Positions 15,955-26,900 of a stretch of 35,338 bases of DNA are shown here, in pieces. The DNA is from a virus (Duplodnaviria; Caudoviricetes), in IMG/VR virus record IMGVR_UViG_3300030331_005120, positions 1 through 35,338 of that record. One strand, given 5' to 3'. The notes beneath the pieces were generated by a model. The model made no database searches. It had not been told where the DNA came from and worked only from the letters and a program-made list of their open reading frames with translations. The stretch's first letter is position 1; every line of letters starts with the position of its first letter. A program made the translations under genes and the position numbers.

Positions 15955-17742
15955 ATGGCCGTAAGCGATGCAAGCATCAAGCAGATACTAGAGCCCCGAA
16001 TAGACTCGAAAACAAAACGCATGGTCATAGGCGGGTTGTCAATTCCTCCTACCAGTATGATAACTGGTTTGTTGTATGGGTTTGCAAACCACGAGCATCT
16101 TAGAGCAAAAGAGTATTATTTTTGGAGAATCTGCGACGAGCTCTGGAACCACGAAGACCTGCCTGAAAAATTAATGATACGCCACCCTTGGGCAGAACAA
16201 ATGGTTTGGGCGGCACTAAACAATAAATACTTAGCTGTTGGGGGCTCCGCATCATCGGGAAAGTCCCACACCATGGCGGCTTGGGGTATTGTTAATTGGC
16301 TTTCTAAACCCAAAGACACATTAGTCTTAATGACCTCGACTACGCTGCGCGAAGCACGCAAGCGAATTTGGGGGTCTGTCATGTCTTTGCTTTCCGTGAT
16401 TGATGGCGCACCGATCAAGATTCGGGATTCAATTGGAAACGCAGCCTACATTGACGAAAAAGGAACACTAATAGAACGAGCTGGGATCTCTCTGATCGCG
16501 GCTGAGAAAAGCAAAACGCGGGAAGCAGTTGGTAAATTTATCGGTATTAAACAAAAGAGAGTCATCTTAATCGGAGATGAGCTATCGGAGTTATCAGAAG
16601 CAATCTTGCAGGCTGGCTTATCTAACCTCTCAAAAAACCCTGAGTTCCAGCTTATTGGCATGAGCAACCCCAACTCGCGATTTGATGCGTTTGGGATCTG
16701 GTCAGAGCCAATTAACGGGTGGGATTCAGTAGACACTAATCAAGACGACGGGTGGGCTACTAAATGGGGTGGCGACTACATACGCTTAGATGGAGAGCGG
16801 TCCCCTAATATTGTAGCCGGAGAAGTTCTTTATCCTTGGCTTCCTACCCAAGAAAAAATTGACGAGGATAAAGGTTTGTTAGGTCCAGAGTCTAGGGGCT
16901 ACATGCGAATGGTTCGGGCCATATTCTTTGATTCGGATGAAACAACAGGCATATATGGAGAAAATGAATTAACATTAAGCAAAGCCATGAATAAAGTTCA
17001 GTGGCAAGGTAAGCCTACTTTTGTAGCAGGAATCGACCCCGCATTTACAAATGGAGGAGACCGAACCATTCTTTACACGGCAGCTGTGGGGTATGACATA
17101 ACAGGACAGTATGTTATTGAGTTTGGGGACGCCGTTCATCTGAATGATGACGCGACAAACAAATCAATTCCTAGAACATACCAAATAGTTAAACAGATAA
17201 AAAATTATTGTGTTAAGAACAACATACCTGCTGAGAATGTTGCCGTAGACGCAACAGGAGCGGGGGCTCCGTTTTGTGACGTGCTTGCTGGAGAATGGGC
17301 TAGTGGATTCTTGCGTGTAGGATTCGGAGGCAAAGCAAGCGACAAACGAGTAAGTGCTAACAGTCAGGCAAAAGGCACTGAACTATACGTTAATAGGGTG
17401 TCAGAGCTTTGGTTCGTGGGCAAAGAGTTAATGCGAACTCGTCAAGTCTTTGGAATTAGCGCTGATTTAGCTCAAGAAATTACGAGTCGTAACTACGACA
17501 TGGTGAAGAGCGGCACCTTAAAAGTTAAAATTGAAACAAAACCAGAATTCAAAGCTCGTTTTGGAAGGAGCCCTGACCTTGCAGATGCTGCATTTCTAGC
17601 ACTAGATTGTGCCCGCCAAAGACTTGGGCTGGTAGCCGTAGACCCACCTGACGATCCAAAGAACGGAAAGCCATATCGGAGAACTACGATTAAGCAGTTA
17701 GGGCAGGCGTTACAAAACCGCGATGCCGTTTTGCTGGATTGA
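15955..17742 (+). CDS. terL: Terminase large subunit
   Basis: Walker A GSASSGKS, Walker B ILIGDE, coupling motif MSNP, nuclease motifs GIDPA..GGD, VDATG and SPDLADA. Confidence 0.93.
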   Translation: MAVSDASIKQILEPRIDSKTKRMVIGGLSIPPTSMITGLLYGFANHEHLRAKEYYFWRICDELWNHEDLPEKLMIRHPWAEQMVWAALNNKYLAVGGSASSGKSHTMAAWGIVNWLSKPKDTLVLMTSTTLREARKRIWGSVMSLLSVIDGAPIKIRDSIGNAAYIDEKGTLIERAGISLIAAEKSKTREAVGKFIGIKQKRVILIGDELSELSEAILQAGLSNLSKNPEFQLIGMSNPNSRFDAFGIWSEPINGWDSVDTNQDDGWATKWGGDYIRLDGERSPNIVAGEVLYPWLPTQEKIDEDKGLLGPESRGYMRMVRAIFFDSDETTGIYGENELTLSKAMNKVQWQGKPTFVAGIDPAFTNGGDRTILYTAAVGYDITGQYVIEFGDAVHLNDDATNKSIPRTYQIVKQIKNYCVKNNIPAENVAVDATGAGAPFCDVLAGEWASGFLRVGFGGKASDKRVSANSQAKGTELYVNRVSELWFVGKELMRTRQVFGISADLAQEITSRNYDMVKSGTLKVKIETKPEFKARFGRSPDLADAAFLALDCARQRLGLVAVDPPDDPKNGKPYRRTTIKQLGQALQNRDAVLLD

Positions 17743-17767
17743 CACAAAACCCTTTAATTCATATTCT
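17739..17767 (+). promoter_or_regulatory. sigma70-like promoter TTGACA-N17-TATTCT
   Basis: Near-consensus; the terL stop codon TGA is embedded in the -35 box. Confidence 0.7.
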
Positions 17768-17792
17768 TATTCCGCACTTTAGCCTTTTAAGG

Positions 17793-18194
17793 ATGTCTGA
17801 ATTTAGATTCTTTGACCCCACAACTTTTGCCGTTCCACCGGCTATGTTTAATTTAGCGGGAGCTCCAAAATTTGCAGCCAACCCCATGGCTGATAAAGAT
17901 GATGAACCCCCTGCTCCCGCAGCCGATCCAAAACCTGAGCGTAAGCTGCAACAAAAAAAATTCGTTAATCCCGAGCGTGAGAAAAAACGCAAAGAGGAAG
18001 AGAAGGAAGAGAAGCAAAAAAGTAAAAAAGAGGCGCTCATGAAGGCGAGAGAGGAATCGGGTGGAGGTGCGTTTGGCCGCTATCAGGGGTTAGGCCCCAA
18101 CCCTAATTCTAATATTGGGCAAGCGTCCTCTTATCGAGGACTCGGACGCAACCCTGATTCTAACATTCCACAAGGGTCCGGAGTTGGACTATAA
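17793..18194 (+). CDS. 133-aa low-complexity charged protein with a C-terminal 17-aa duplication
   Basis: First ATG after the promoter; YQGLGPNPNSNI / YRGLGRNPDSNI repeat. Confidence 0.6.
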   Translation: MSEFRFFDPTTFAVPPAMFNLAGAPKFAANPMADKDDEPPAPAADPKPERKLQQKKFVNPEREKKRKEEEKEEKQKSKKEALMKAREESGGGAFGRYQGLGPNPNSNIGQASSYRGLGRNPDSNIPQGSGVGL

Positions 18195-18196
18195 CG

Positions 18197-19867
18197 ATGA
18201 GCGTAAAACAAAAGATAGCCAAGTCGTTACTAAACGTAGGTAAGAATATTGCCAATAAGGCAAGGCGTAAAGCACAGCCCCCCAAAATGGAAAGAACCTT
18301 GTCAGGGGGACAACGCCCAGCTTCACCAAAAAAACCTAAAGCTAAAAAGCCAAGCCGCGCAATAGAGGTTCTTACAAAACGGAGACGGCTCCGCGACCTA
18401 CCAAAAGACACAGCTCGCGCTGTTGTTAAATCGCCTAAGCTAGTAAAGCCCGCCGCTAAAATAGCGGGCAAAGCAATCTTGCCGGTTACGATAGCGGCTC
18501 AAGCATTGAAAGGCCGTAAGATGTCGGGAGATGACAGCTACAGGAGAGAAGTTCTTGATAGCTACCGTGGGGGTGCAAGAGGAGTATTAGACGAACCGCT
18601 ACCAGATTCTGATGGAGACGGAATCCCTGATGTGTTTTCCGCATCTAATATTGGCAGGGCCGCTATGGCAGGACTAGATCCTGTAGGCTCTGCAGCTGCT
18701 AGTTTTGAAACGGCCAAAGAAGTTCTTGATTTTAATAGAGGTGACGATCCGGAGTTTGGTCCGGATCAAGGATCAGCTGATAGTAGATTTAATACTGAGT
18801 TCCAAAAACAAAGAGGACAAGCACTTCGTGATGCTTACGATTCGTCTATCCTTAGCGAAATTCGTCCAGCAGACAGAGCGTTGTTTGCGGGAGCTGCCGA
18901 CGATGCTGAGTTCAAAGATGCCGAGGAGAAAAGATTTGCCACGGCACCTAGAAGTTACAAAGCGATACTTGAGCGGCAAGGACAACAATTAGCGGATCGC
19001 TTAAAGCGAGAAGGAAAAGTTGCGTTTGGCAAGAAAGAGCGTGAAGCCTTTGTTAAGGCACAAAAAAGTGGTGAGTTAGTAGAGATGTTTGACGAAGACG
19101 GGGACGGAAAACTTTCTAAAGAAGAACGTAAAAAATTCTTCTTAGCTGGCCCCGAAGGGTTTGTGGCTAAATCCGGTTTGGCAACAGAAGGTTTACCAAA
19201 AATGAAATACACTGCGCCAAGGACCTTTGCGGAGCCAATCACGCGAGACGCTATATTTGGCGAGACACCTCCGGTTATGCTAGACCCGTCTAATCTTGAA
19301 GTAGACGGATCTGGAGAAGTCGAAGTAGAAGAGACCGGACTTCCTCCGATGACTGAAGTGGATGTTGATGACCCCGAAGGAGGAGTCACTCCAACTGCGA
19401 TTGTCGAAGAGCTAAAACGAAAAGAAGAAGAGGATAAAAAAAGAAAACGTGCTGTTGAGCTTGGGCTACGTCCGCAAGATTTTGCTAATGATGCTACGTT
19501 CTTAGCCGCAATCGACCGGAAAGAAGCGCGTGTGAAACGTGAAGCGGGTCAACCCGAAAGAGGAAGTGCGCTTGCGGGTTCTGTTGGAGGACTAAACGCT
19601 CCTTCTCGTCAGCTCATGTCTGACCGAGGGCGATTTCTAAAAGAAGCTCGTGCGTTAGAGCGTGATGGGTATAGGACAGAAGCTGGAAAACTTAGAATGA
19701 TGGCAGCCCTTAGCCGCGAGCCTCGTATTAAATCGCAAGAGTTCCGTAGAAGAGAAGCAGAAGAAAGAAGAAAACTCCGCGAAGAACAAGAGAGGGCTCT
19801 TGCCGATAAACAAACAAACGACGCACTTGTTGAAAAAGGGGCGGATAATATCAAAACTCTTTCATAA
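18197..19867 (+). CDS. 556-aa putative internal virion/ejection protein with an EF-hand-like loop
   Basis: Basic N-terminus, charged helical body, DEDGDGKLSKEE and DSDGDGIPD motifs; upstream of the giant protein. Confidence 0.65.
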   Translation: MSVKQKIAKSLLNVGKNIANKARRKAQPPKMERTLSGGQRPASPKKPKAKKPSRAIEVLTKRRRLRDLPKDTARAVVKSPKLVKPAAKIAGKAILPVTIAAQALKGRKMSGDDSYRREVLDSYRGGARGVLDEPLPDSDGDGIPDVFSASNIGRAAMAGLDPVGSAAASFETAKEVLDFNRGDDPEFGPDQGSADSRFNTEFQKQRGQALRDAYDSSILSEIRPADRALFAGAADDAEFKDAEEKRFATAPRSYKAILERQGQQLADRLKREGKVAFGKKEREAFVKAQKSGELVEMFDEDGDGKLSKEERKKFFLAGPEGFVAKSGLATEGLPKMKYTAPRTFAEPITRDAIFGETPPVMLDPSNLEVDGSGEVEVEETGLPPMTEVDVDDPEGGVTPTAIVEELKRKEEEDKKRKRAVELGLRPQDFANDATFLAAIDRKEARVKREAGQPERGSALAGSVGGLNAPSRQLMSDRGRFLKEARALERDGYRTEAGKLRMMAALSREPRIKSQEFRRREAEERRKLREEQERALADKQTNDALVEKGADNIKTLS

Positions 19868-20865
19868 TGTCAGATTCTATTTCTTATCAAGATGACTTTG
19901 CCTCTATGGAGGGAAAGCATTTTGGCCGTCCTATATCAGATGCTAATTCAGCATATCTTTATGAGACTTACGGTGCTCCCCGTATGCAAATCCTTGCAGA
20001 CCGCCGGAAAGATAGGATACAGCAACTAGCTTTTGAAAAAGCTCAGTTGGAGCTTCAAAAAATTAAAGAAGAGAATCAGAGAAAAAACATAGAGGCTGAA
20101 ATTATTGCCGAAGAATCTTCTGCTCTTACAGAGATTCGCAATAATCCTGAACTCGACTCGTTTGAAAAGGTTCAAGCCATTAACGACAGAAGACAAAACG
20201 TTTTTGCAAGAAACCCATTGATGGCGGGTAGCTCTCTGTTGAAAACAGTATTTGATACAGCGGCATCTACTTCGTCCGCCCTTAAAGCCAAAGAAGAAGC
20301 GCAGGCTAGGAATATCACTGCGTTGGCTAATATAGGAGATGTAGACAGGGCGACTGCTCTTGCCAACGAAGACGGTAGGGTTACGGATACCGAACGAGGG
20401 CTGCTCGAAGTTGCTAAGTCTGTCGATTCAGACAACAAAGCAAAAGCGCGGGCAAGCGGTCTTAGTGAGCGGAGGTCCAACCTTTCTAGGCAACTGCAGA
20501 AAGACATCAACGATATTTCTGGGTTTGGAAAACCTGATACCACAGGCTCTGGTATTGAGTTCGGCACCGATAAAGTAGAAGACGCGAGAGTGCGCGGAGG
20601 CGGTGGTGAGTTTCGTCTTGATAAAGACGAGAGCGAAAGAATGCGGGGCATCGCTAAACGTCAGCTTAGTCCTAAAGAGTTCGAGGCGTATGTGGACCTT
20701 GAAAGCAAGGAATACGAAGACGGTGGATTTTACGACGACGCTTCCCGTAAGAGTTATCTTCTTAACAAACTTAACGGTATTGTTTTTTCATTCCTTAATG
20801 ATCTGAATACCGCTGGCGGTAGCGCCGAAACTAGCGCAGGAAAAGACGCTTATACAAAAGAATAA
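19867..20865 (+). CDS. 332-aa helical putative internal virion/ejection protein
   Basis: Coiled-coil composition; TAATG coupling; position in the block. Confidence 0.65.
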   Translation: MSDSISYQDDFASMEGKHFGRPISDANSAYLYETYGAPRMQILADRRKDRIQQLAFEKAQLELQKIKEENQRKNIEAEIIAEESSALTEIRNNPELDSFEKVQAINDRRQNVFARNPLMAGSSLLKTVFDTAASTSSALKAKEEAQARNITALANIGDVDRATALANEDGRVTDTERGLLEVAKSVDSDNKAKARASGLSERRSNLSRQLQKDINDISGFGKPDTTGSGIEFGTDKVEDARVRGGGGEFRLDKDESERMRGIAKRQLSPKEFEAYVDLESKEYEDGGFYDDASRKSYLLNKLNGIVFSFLNDLNTAGGSAETSAGKDAYTKE

Positions 20866-20902
20866 TATTCTCTCTTAACCTACATATCCAATCGCATCTG
20901 CT

Positions 20903-23900
20903 ATGACAGAGCAAACTGATACCCCAACTGTTAATACCCTCGGGTTTTCCGAGTGGTCTAGTGCCAACGTCTACGACAATCCTTTGGAGAGTAGATTAAA
21001 GTTCGGGGATTATCTCCGCGAAGAATACATCAAAGCAGATGCTTACACTGCTGAGATAGAAGAAGGTTTTAGAAAAGGATTTGTAGACGTTCTTAGACGG
21101 GACAAAATTCTGAATGATGATGGGTCTAACTTTGAAGAGGTCCAGAAACAAATCTCTGAATTAGAGGGCGCACCGTCTGACGATAGTAAAGACGATTCGT
21201 TCAGGGCACAAGTAGACTCGGGTGAGTTGCCGATGGCTCGCTTGTCCACAGGAGAGCTGTATGTTGGGGATGCTGCAGCTGACATGAATCTAGTTAGCGC
21301 ACTTAAAATATCTTCGGATGCAGGAGTCCGGATGCAGGATGCACTGGCAGCGCAGGCGCAGCTCGCTATTCCCGATGGCTTTAAAGAGCCTCTGTATAAG
21401 ATAAAAAGAATTGCCGCCGCGCAAAGATTTCTCGAAGAAGAGCGCAAGCAAAACACTGAGTTTGATATCGAACTCGACGGACTATCCACGGAAGCGGCTC
21501 AAAGCGAGTATAGCACAATGGACTGGGTCGAGCACAAGTTTAACTCTATGGGACGTTTTGGAGTTAATATTTTGAGCCGAGTTATGGGTCGGGGAGATGA
21601 GGTGGACGCAGCGGAAAAAAGGCGCAAAGCGGTAGACGAAGCTAGAGGTATTGATATGGATCAATTAGCCGCGAAGTATGCGGTTAAGTATGATGTGCGC
21701 CCTGAAGATATGCAGCTGGCGTTGGAACAAATGGTTTTAGAAAACGCCACGAACAAACAAATGTTCGAGTTCCACGATGCAGACGATCCTGATGTTGGGA
21801 AAAATCTTAGGCTGGGAGGGTATGGCTTACCAACAATGTCGATGCAGGCCATGATAAACAAAGATGTCTTCGACAAGACGCTTGCAGCGAATCCCGACTT
21901 GAGTGATGACGTTAAGACAATGCTGAACAAACAACGGATCAGCGTTCTTAAAACACAATTTGTTGATCTGGATAAGTTCCTCTCAAAGTCAGCTGTCTCT
22001 GATGAATGGAATAAATCGTTAGTCGTTGGTAGATCAGCAGGAGTTGATGACTACAAAATACTAGAAGGCTTTGTAGCAGATAAAGACAACTACAACGAGT
22101 TCGCCCAACGGGCAGCCGGAATTGGTATGTCGTTTATAAACGGATTCGGGCAATTAGTCGCCGCACTGCCAGCTGCTCTTGGGGCTGACCCAGCAAAAGA
22201 TTACTTAGCGTCAGTCAGTCAGGCGAACTCCGACCGTAGACAACTCGCTTCTGTCTTCGGACAAGAGTTTGGGTTCTTTCAAGATTTAGGAGAGACCGCT
22301 TTTCCTATGTTAATTGACATTAGTGCAACGGCGTTGTTAGCCGCAGGCACCGCACCCGCTGGTGGAGCGGGGGGTATTGCTTATGCTGCCCTGAAAGCAG
22401 GCGGAAAATCTTCTGCTAGTTTGACAGGCAAAGGGATTATTAAAGCGATAACTTCTAATACACTTAGGACAAGTTCGGCTAAGTCAGTAGCTGATCAAGC
22501 GGAAGACCTGATCGCGGCCAACTTTATCAAAGGCTCAAAAGAAGGTGCAATTGATATTCTAAAAGCGTATAACAGTAAATTATCTGCTCAGTTAGGCAAT
22601 CTTCCGGCGGTATTTATTCCTGCGGGCACACGATCTGGGGCGGCAACTTATGGCGCGGTTTACAATCAGCTGAAGCAGGATCCGAATGTAACTCCTGAAG
22701 AGGCACATGACAGAGCCCTTGGTTCAGGGCTTATGGCCATGACATTTACTGGGTCTTTGGTATCAGGTTTTAGTTTAATCGGCAAAGGAGGTTTGGAAGA
22801 TGCCTTGCTCAGAGGGTTGACAACAAAGCAAATGAACATGGTTGCTAAGTCGGTAACAGATATGGTCGAGGGGGACCTTCTTGATGCAGCCGGAAAGGCA
22901 ATCAAATCTGCTATGAAGAAACATGCATTTGGCACAGCCAAAGGCATTGGTAAAAATGTTGTAGACGAAGGAATCGAAGAGGGCATTGATGAGTTTGTAA
23001 ACACTCTGATTACTGATGCTGCTCTCGACGAGAACACTCCGATGCTCGAAAGGATGCAACAGACTTTCCATGCAGTAGCTCTAGGGGGAGTTATGGGTGG
23101 GTCTGTCCCTCTTGTTCGGAGAGGGCTCAGCCGACTTCAGCCAGATGTTCTCAAACAAAGAGAACAGAGCATGTTCTTGGATCAAATTTTAGAAGACGCT
23201 TCCCGTGAATTAACTGAAAATGGTTCGCCCATAACTGCAGATGTTTTCCGAGCGATAATATCTGAGCGGGGCAGGCGGGATCAAAGAAGGTCCGAAGTCC
23301 CCGCCCCTGAAGAAGCAGTTGAGTTATTGGCGGGAGACACCCAAGAAACAGATTCAGAGTCAGAGAAACTTGCGTCGGGTATCACATCGAACCCAGAGTT
23401 CGAGGCCCGCTTAACTGAAAGAGTAAATCCGACTACTACAGCTAAAGCTATCTCCGAAGTATTGGCGGAAGACACCCCTGTCGTTTCTGGGTTAGACCCA
23501 TCTACTATTGAAGCAAAAGGAGAGATGATGCGTCAGCTAGAACTGCCCTTAGCGGAGAGCAGCGCTAACGAAAACTCTGACCACGCTATTATACGCGGGC
23601 TTATCGCAGGACAAAAAGAGTCACCTAAGTTTAATCGTAATCAGTTTGTAGATTCGGCTACTGTAAAAACACAGCGAGTCATCGACCCCAGTAAGAAAGA
23701 GGATGCGGAAGCAATCGAAGCTGGGTTCAGACAGATCATACAAGAAATCGACGAAGCCGAAGCGCTTTACAAAAAACTAGATCGGCAAGCCCAAGCAGGA
23801 GACCTTTCATCCGAGTCGCCTGCTATGCGGGCGCTGCAAAAGAATGTAAACGAAGGCACCGCCGTATCCCCAGAAGAAGCTGTAGATTTAAGGGGGGACG

Positions 23901-26900
23901 CTTTCAAGAAGAGAGTGGTTGAGTTAGAAGGACTGAAGATAGACGAAGAGATTTCGTTTGAGGAATTGCAAGCTGACCCCGAAGAAGAGGCCGCTGTGCA
24001 GTCGGTCATCGACAAAGGTTTCTCTGAAGTAATCGCAGCGTCAAAACTGAAGAGGCTGGGCATACCCGTCAATGAGCGAACAATTTCTGACGAGTTCATC
24101 GCGGCGACAAATAAAAAGATTAGCGACGGTATCTCAGAAAAGTTTCCTGACGTTAAAGTAAGTGAGCCACAAGGTGGGCTCACGTTAAGCTCAACGTATG
24201 GCAGCGGTAAAGTTTACCTCGATAGATTTGGTAACGGACAGTTCGATAACAATCCAGCCAACATGCTTGGGTTGTTTGAGCAAGGCACTCCGATTGTAGT
24301 GCCAGAAAGCGTTGTGCAGTCATCTACTGTAAATCCTGCTTTTAGATTCTCGCAGATAGGGGATAACTTTTTTGTCGCGGATATTCTGATCGCCCAAAAT
24401 GGTGGAGTAGTTTCAGCATTAACCCCGTTTGATCGGGTGGCTACCTTGCAACCGGACTACACGAGAACTGTAGAATTGCTAGAAAGAGTAGTAGCATTTA
24501 GAGCTGAAGGATTAACTGACCCTGATGAGTTTATCCCATCACCGTTTGCTCCAGACGCGAGGATAACAAAAAAAGATTTGCTTGCTCGATTAGATTCTGG
24601 GTTGGGTATGGAGCAGTTTGTGGCTCCGTCATCCGGAGAACTATCCCCAGACTTCCAAAGGTCCGCGCTGATTGAACTACGATTAAGGGCACAGGATGCA
24701 CTGTTCACTAATCAGAATGTTTCTTTGATATCTTTAGGGAGAGAGATTTCTGATCTGTATCTCCAAGAACAAAAAGATCGAGTTAAATATTCTAACGCTG
24801 CTTTTGTTTCTACAGTTAGCGTCACATCTGCTTCAGCACTACAACAGAATGAGGAGTTTAATCCTTCGGCAGAGGCGGAAGATTCTTACACAGCTTTCCC
24901 TGAGAGCACTCGGTCTTTCTCAGAAACAGGGATAGCTTCTATCTTGAAAGAAGCAGAGGCCAACGCAATTGCTGCGATTGACGCCGATAGACCGCTTAAA
25001 CAAACAATAGTTAATTTGGTTAATACGGAGGTATTCTCTTCTTCTAAGAAAGACATAGGCAATACCTCTACTAGAAAATTGCTCGGGCTTACTATGCAGT
25101 GGATGGCCCAAGGAAACAATCGAGCCAACCCTGCTTCAATTAGGTTTCAGCAAGCCCTCAAAACAGGGAACTACAGGCTTGGAGGCCCCGTGCGGGAGGC
25201 CCTTCAAATCATGGCTCTTTCGTCTGCCTCAGTAGAAGGCTCGCCTAAAACGAACGAGAGCTATCGGGCCACACTGAAAAGTAAACTCAGTAAAATAGCT
25301 GGCGATAGAGACATAACCGACAGCGAAGTGATTGCCTTTCACAGTCAGGTCAAGCGCTCCGTGGGCAAACTCTTGCTTAGATCGCAGCCCTCGGGAATGT
25401 CTCGGGCACATGATAGAGAAGTAAATACTCAAGATATCGAAGAACTGGGATTAAAATCTAACGACAATGATTCTTTGATCGAAGCTGTAAAGCGTATTGC
25501 CGGAGTTTCAAAGGAAGGGGGAGTAGACTACGACGCTAATATAAAAGCAGTGGCAAAGCTGCTTTTGCAATCTCCTGACTTTTTAGCCACCGTCGATTTG
25601 ACCATCGACGACACGTCGCTCGAATACGCTGGGGACTTTGAAATGCTCATTGATGGCACTCCGTCTATCTCAATAAACATTTCTGGGTATAACCCAAGAG
25701 GAGTGGGCAACACTCTGATCCATGAATTGATTCATGCGTATGTTACGCAAGTGACTCGTAAACCGCAGTCACAACAGAGTAGGAAAGAAGCAGCCGCGAT
25801 CAACAACCTGACTAACTTAATCGTAAAGCTAAAAGAAGACTTTAAGTCTACGTCATCTAGGGGGCTTGAACCTGATTTCGTCAGCATGTTGGAACCGTTC
25901 AACCCAGTTAAGTTTGATCGCAAAGTTTACAAGTTTCACGACACTCGTGTGTATGATGGGCTCGCGAACGTAGATGAGTTCATTGCTCACTTCTTAACTT
26001 CAACGGACTTCCAAAAGTTTGTGAAGTCGATGACGGCTTCGTCAAAGACAGACGGAAATATATTCCAGAAAATTATTTCTTACATAAGGTCACTGATCAA
26101 AGGCAGCAACCCCACATTTGATTCCGCGTTCTCTGCTGTATTAGATTTATCTAAATCCTCGATTGCGGAAACACAGAAGAAGTTCATCGCCTCTCCCCGC
26201 GCACCCAGAGAACCTCTGTCCACAAAAGCAATCATGGGCCAGATTGCGGAGTCGGTCGCACAAGAACAGAGGGATTCCGTTCGTCTGGCGTCAGGACTCG
26301 GAGCGGCTACAGGCGTTACAGAAACTACCGCGATAGAAGGATTTGAAAATGTCGAGAGGACTATTGAGTATCTGAGAAATCAGATCGTCCCACCAGAAGT
26401 AGAAGTCGTAGTGGACACTAACTCGATATCAATGATGTCGGTTAGTAATGACACTGGAGTTATGACGATCAACCCGATCAAAATAGCGGCTTACTTAGCA
26501 TCGTTGAATGCGCAGAACGGTGGCGACCCCCTGCCCTTGAGGACTCAGCTAAACGTAATGGCAGTTATTTCTAACGAAGAAATAGCTCACTCGGCTGCAG
26601 TAAAAACAATCACGACCCAAGAGCAAGACGCCATCATTGAGTCGATGACGTTCGCTGACGCGGAGCAAGCCATGAGTAACTATGGCGACGAGGGCAACGC
26701 CACTACTCGGGAAGAACTTCTCGCCGGATGGCAACAGGGGAATCGTTCTTCTCAAGTCGTAATCATGGAAGAGTATCTGAGACAACACACTCAGAAAGTA
26801 GTCCGTGGTTTCACCACTGAAGAGGAAGTCATCTTCCTGTCCCAGAACCCAAGTATCCTCCAGTATGTAATCAGATACTTTAAGAGATTCCTCAAGAGGC

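Noticed and set aside
10324-17742. Inteins or introns in polA or terL
   Set aside because: Lengths and motif spacing are normal; no splice-junction or homing-endonuclease motifs were seen.
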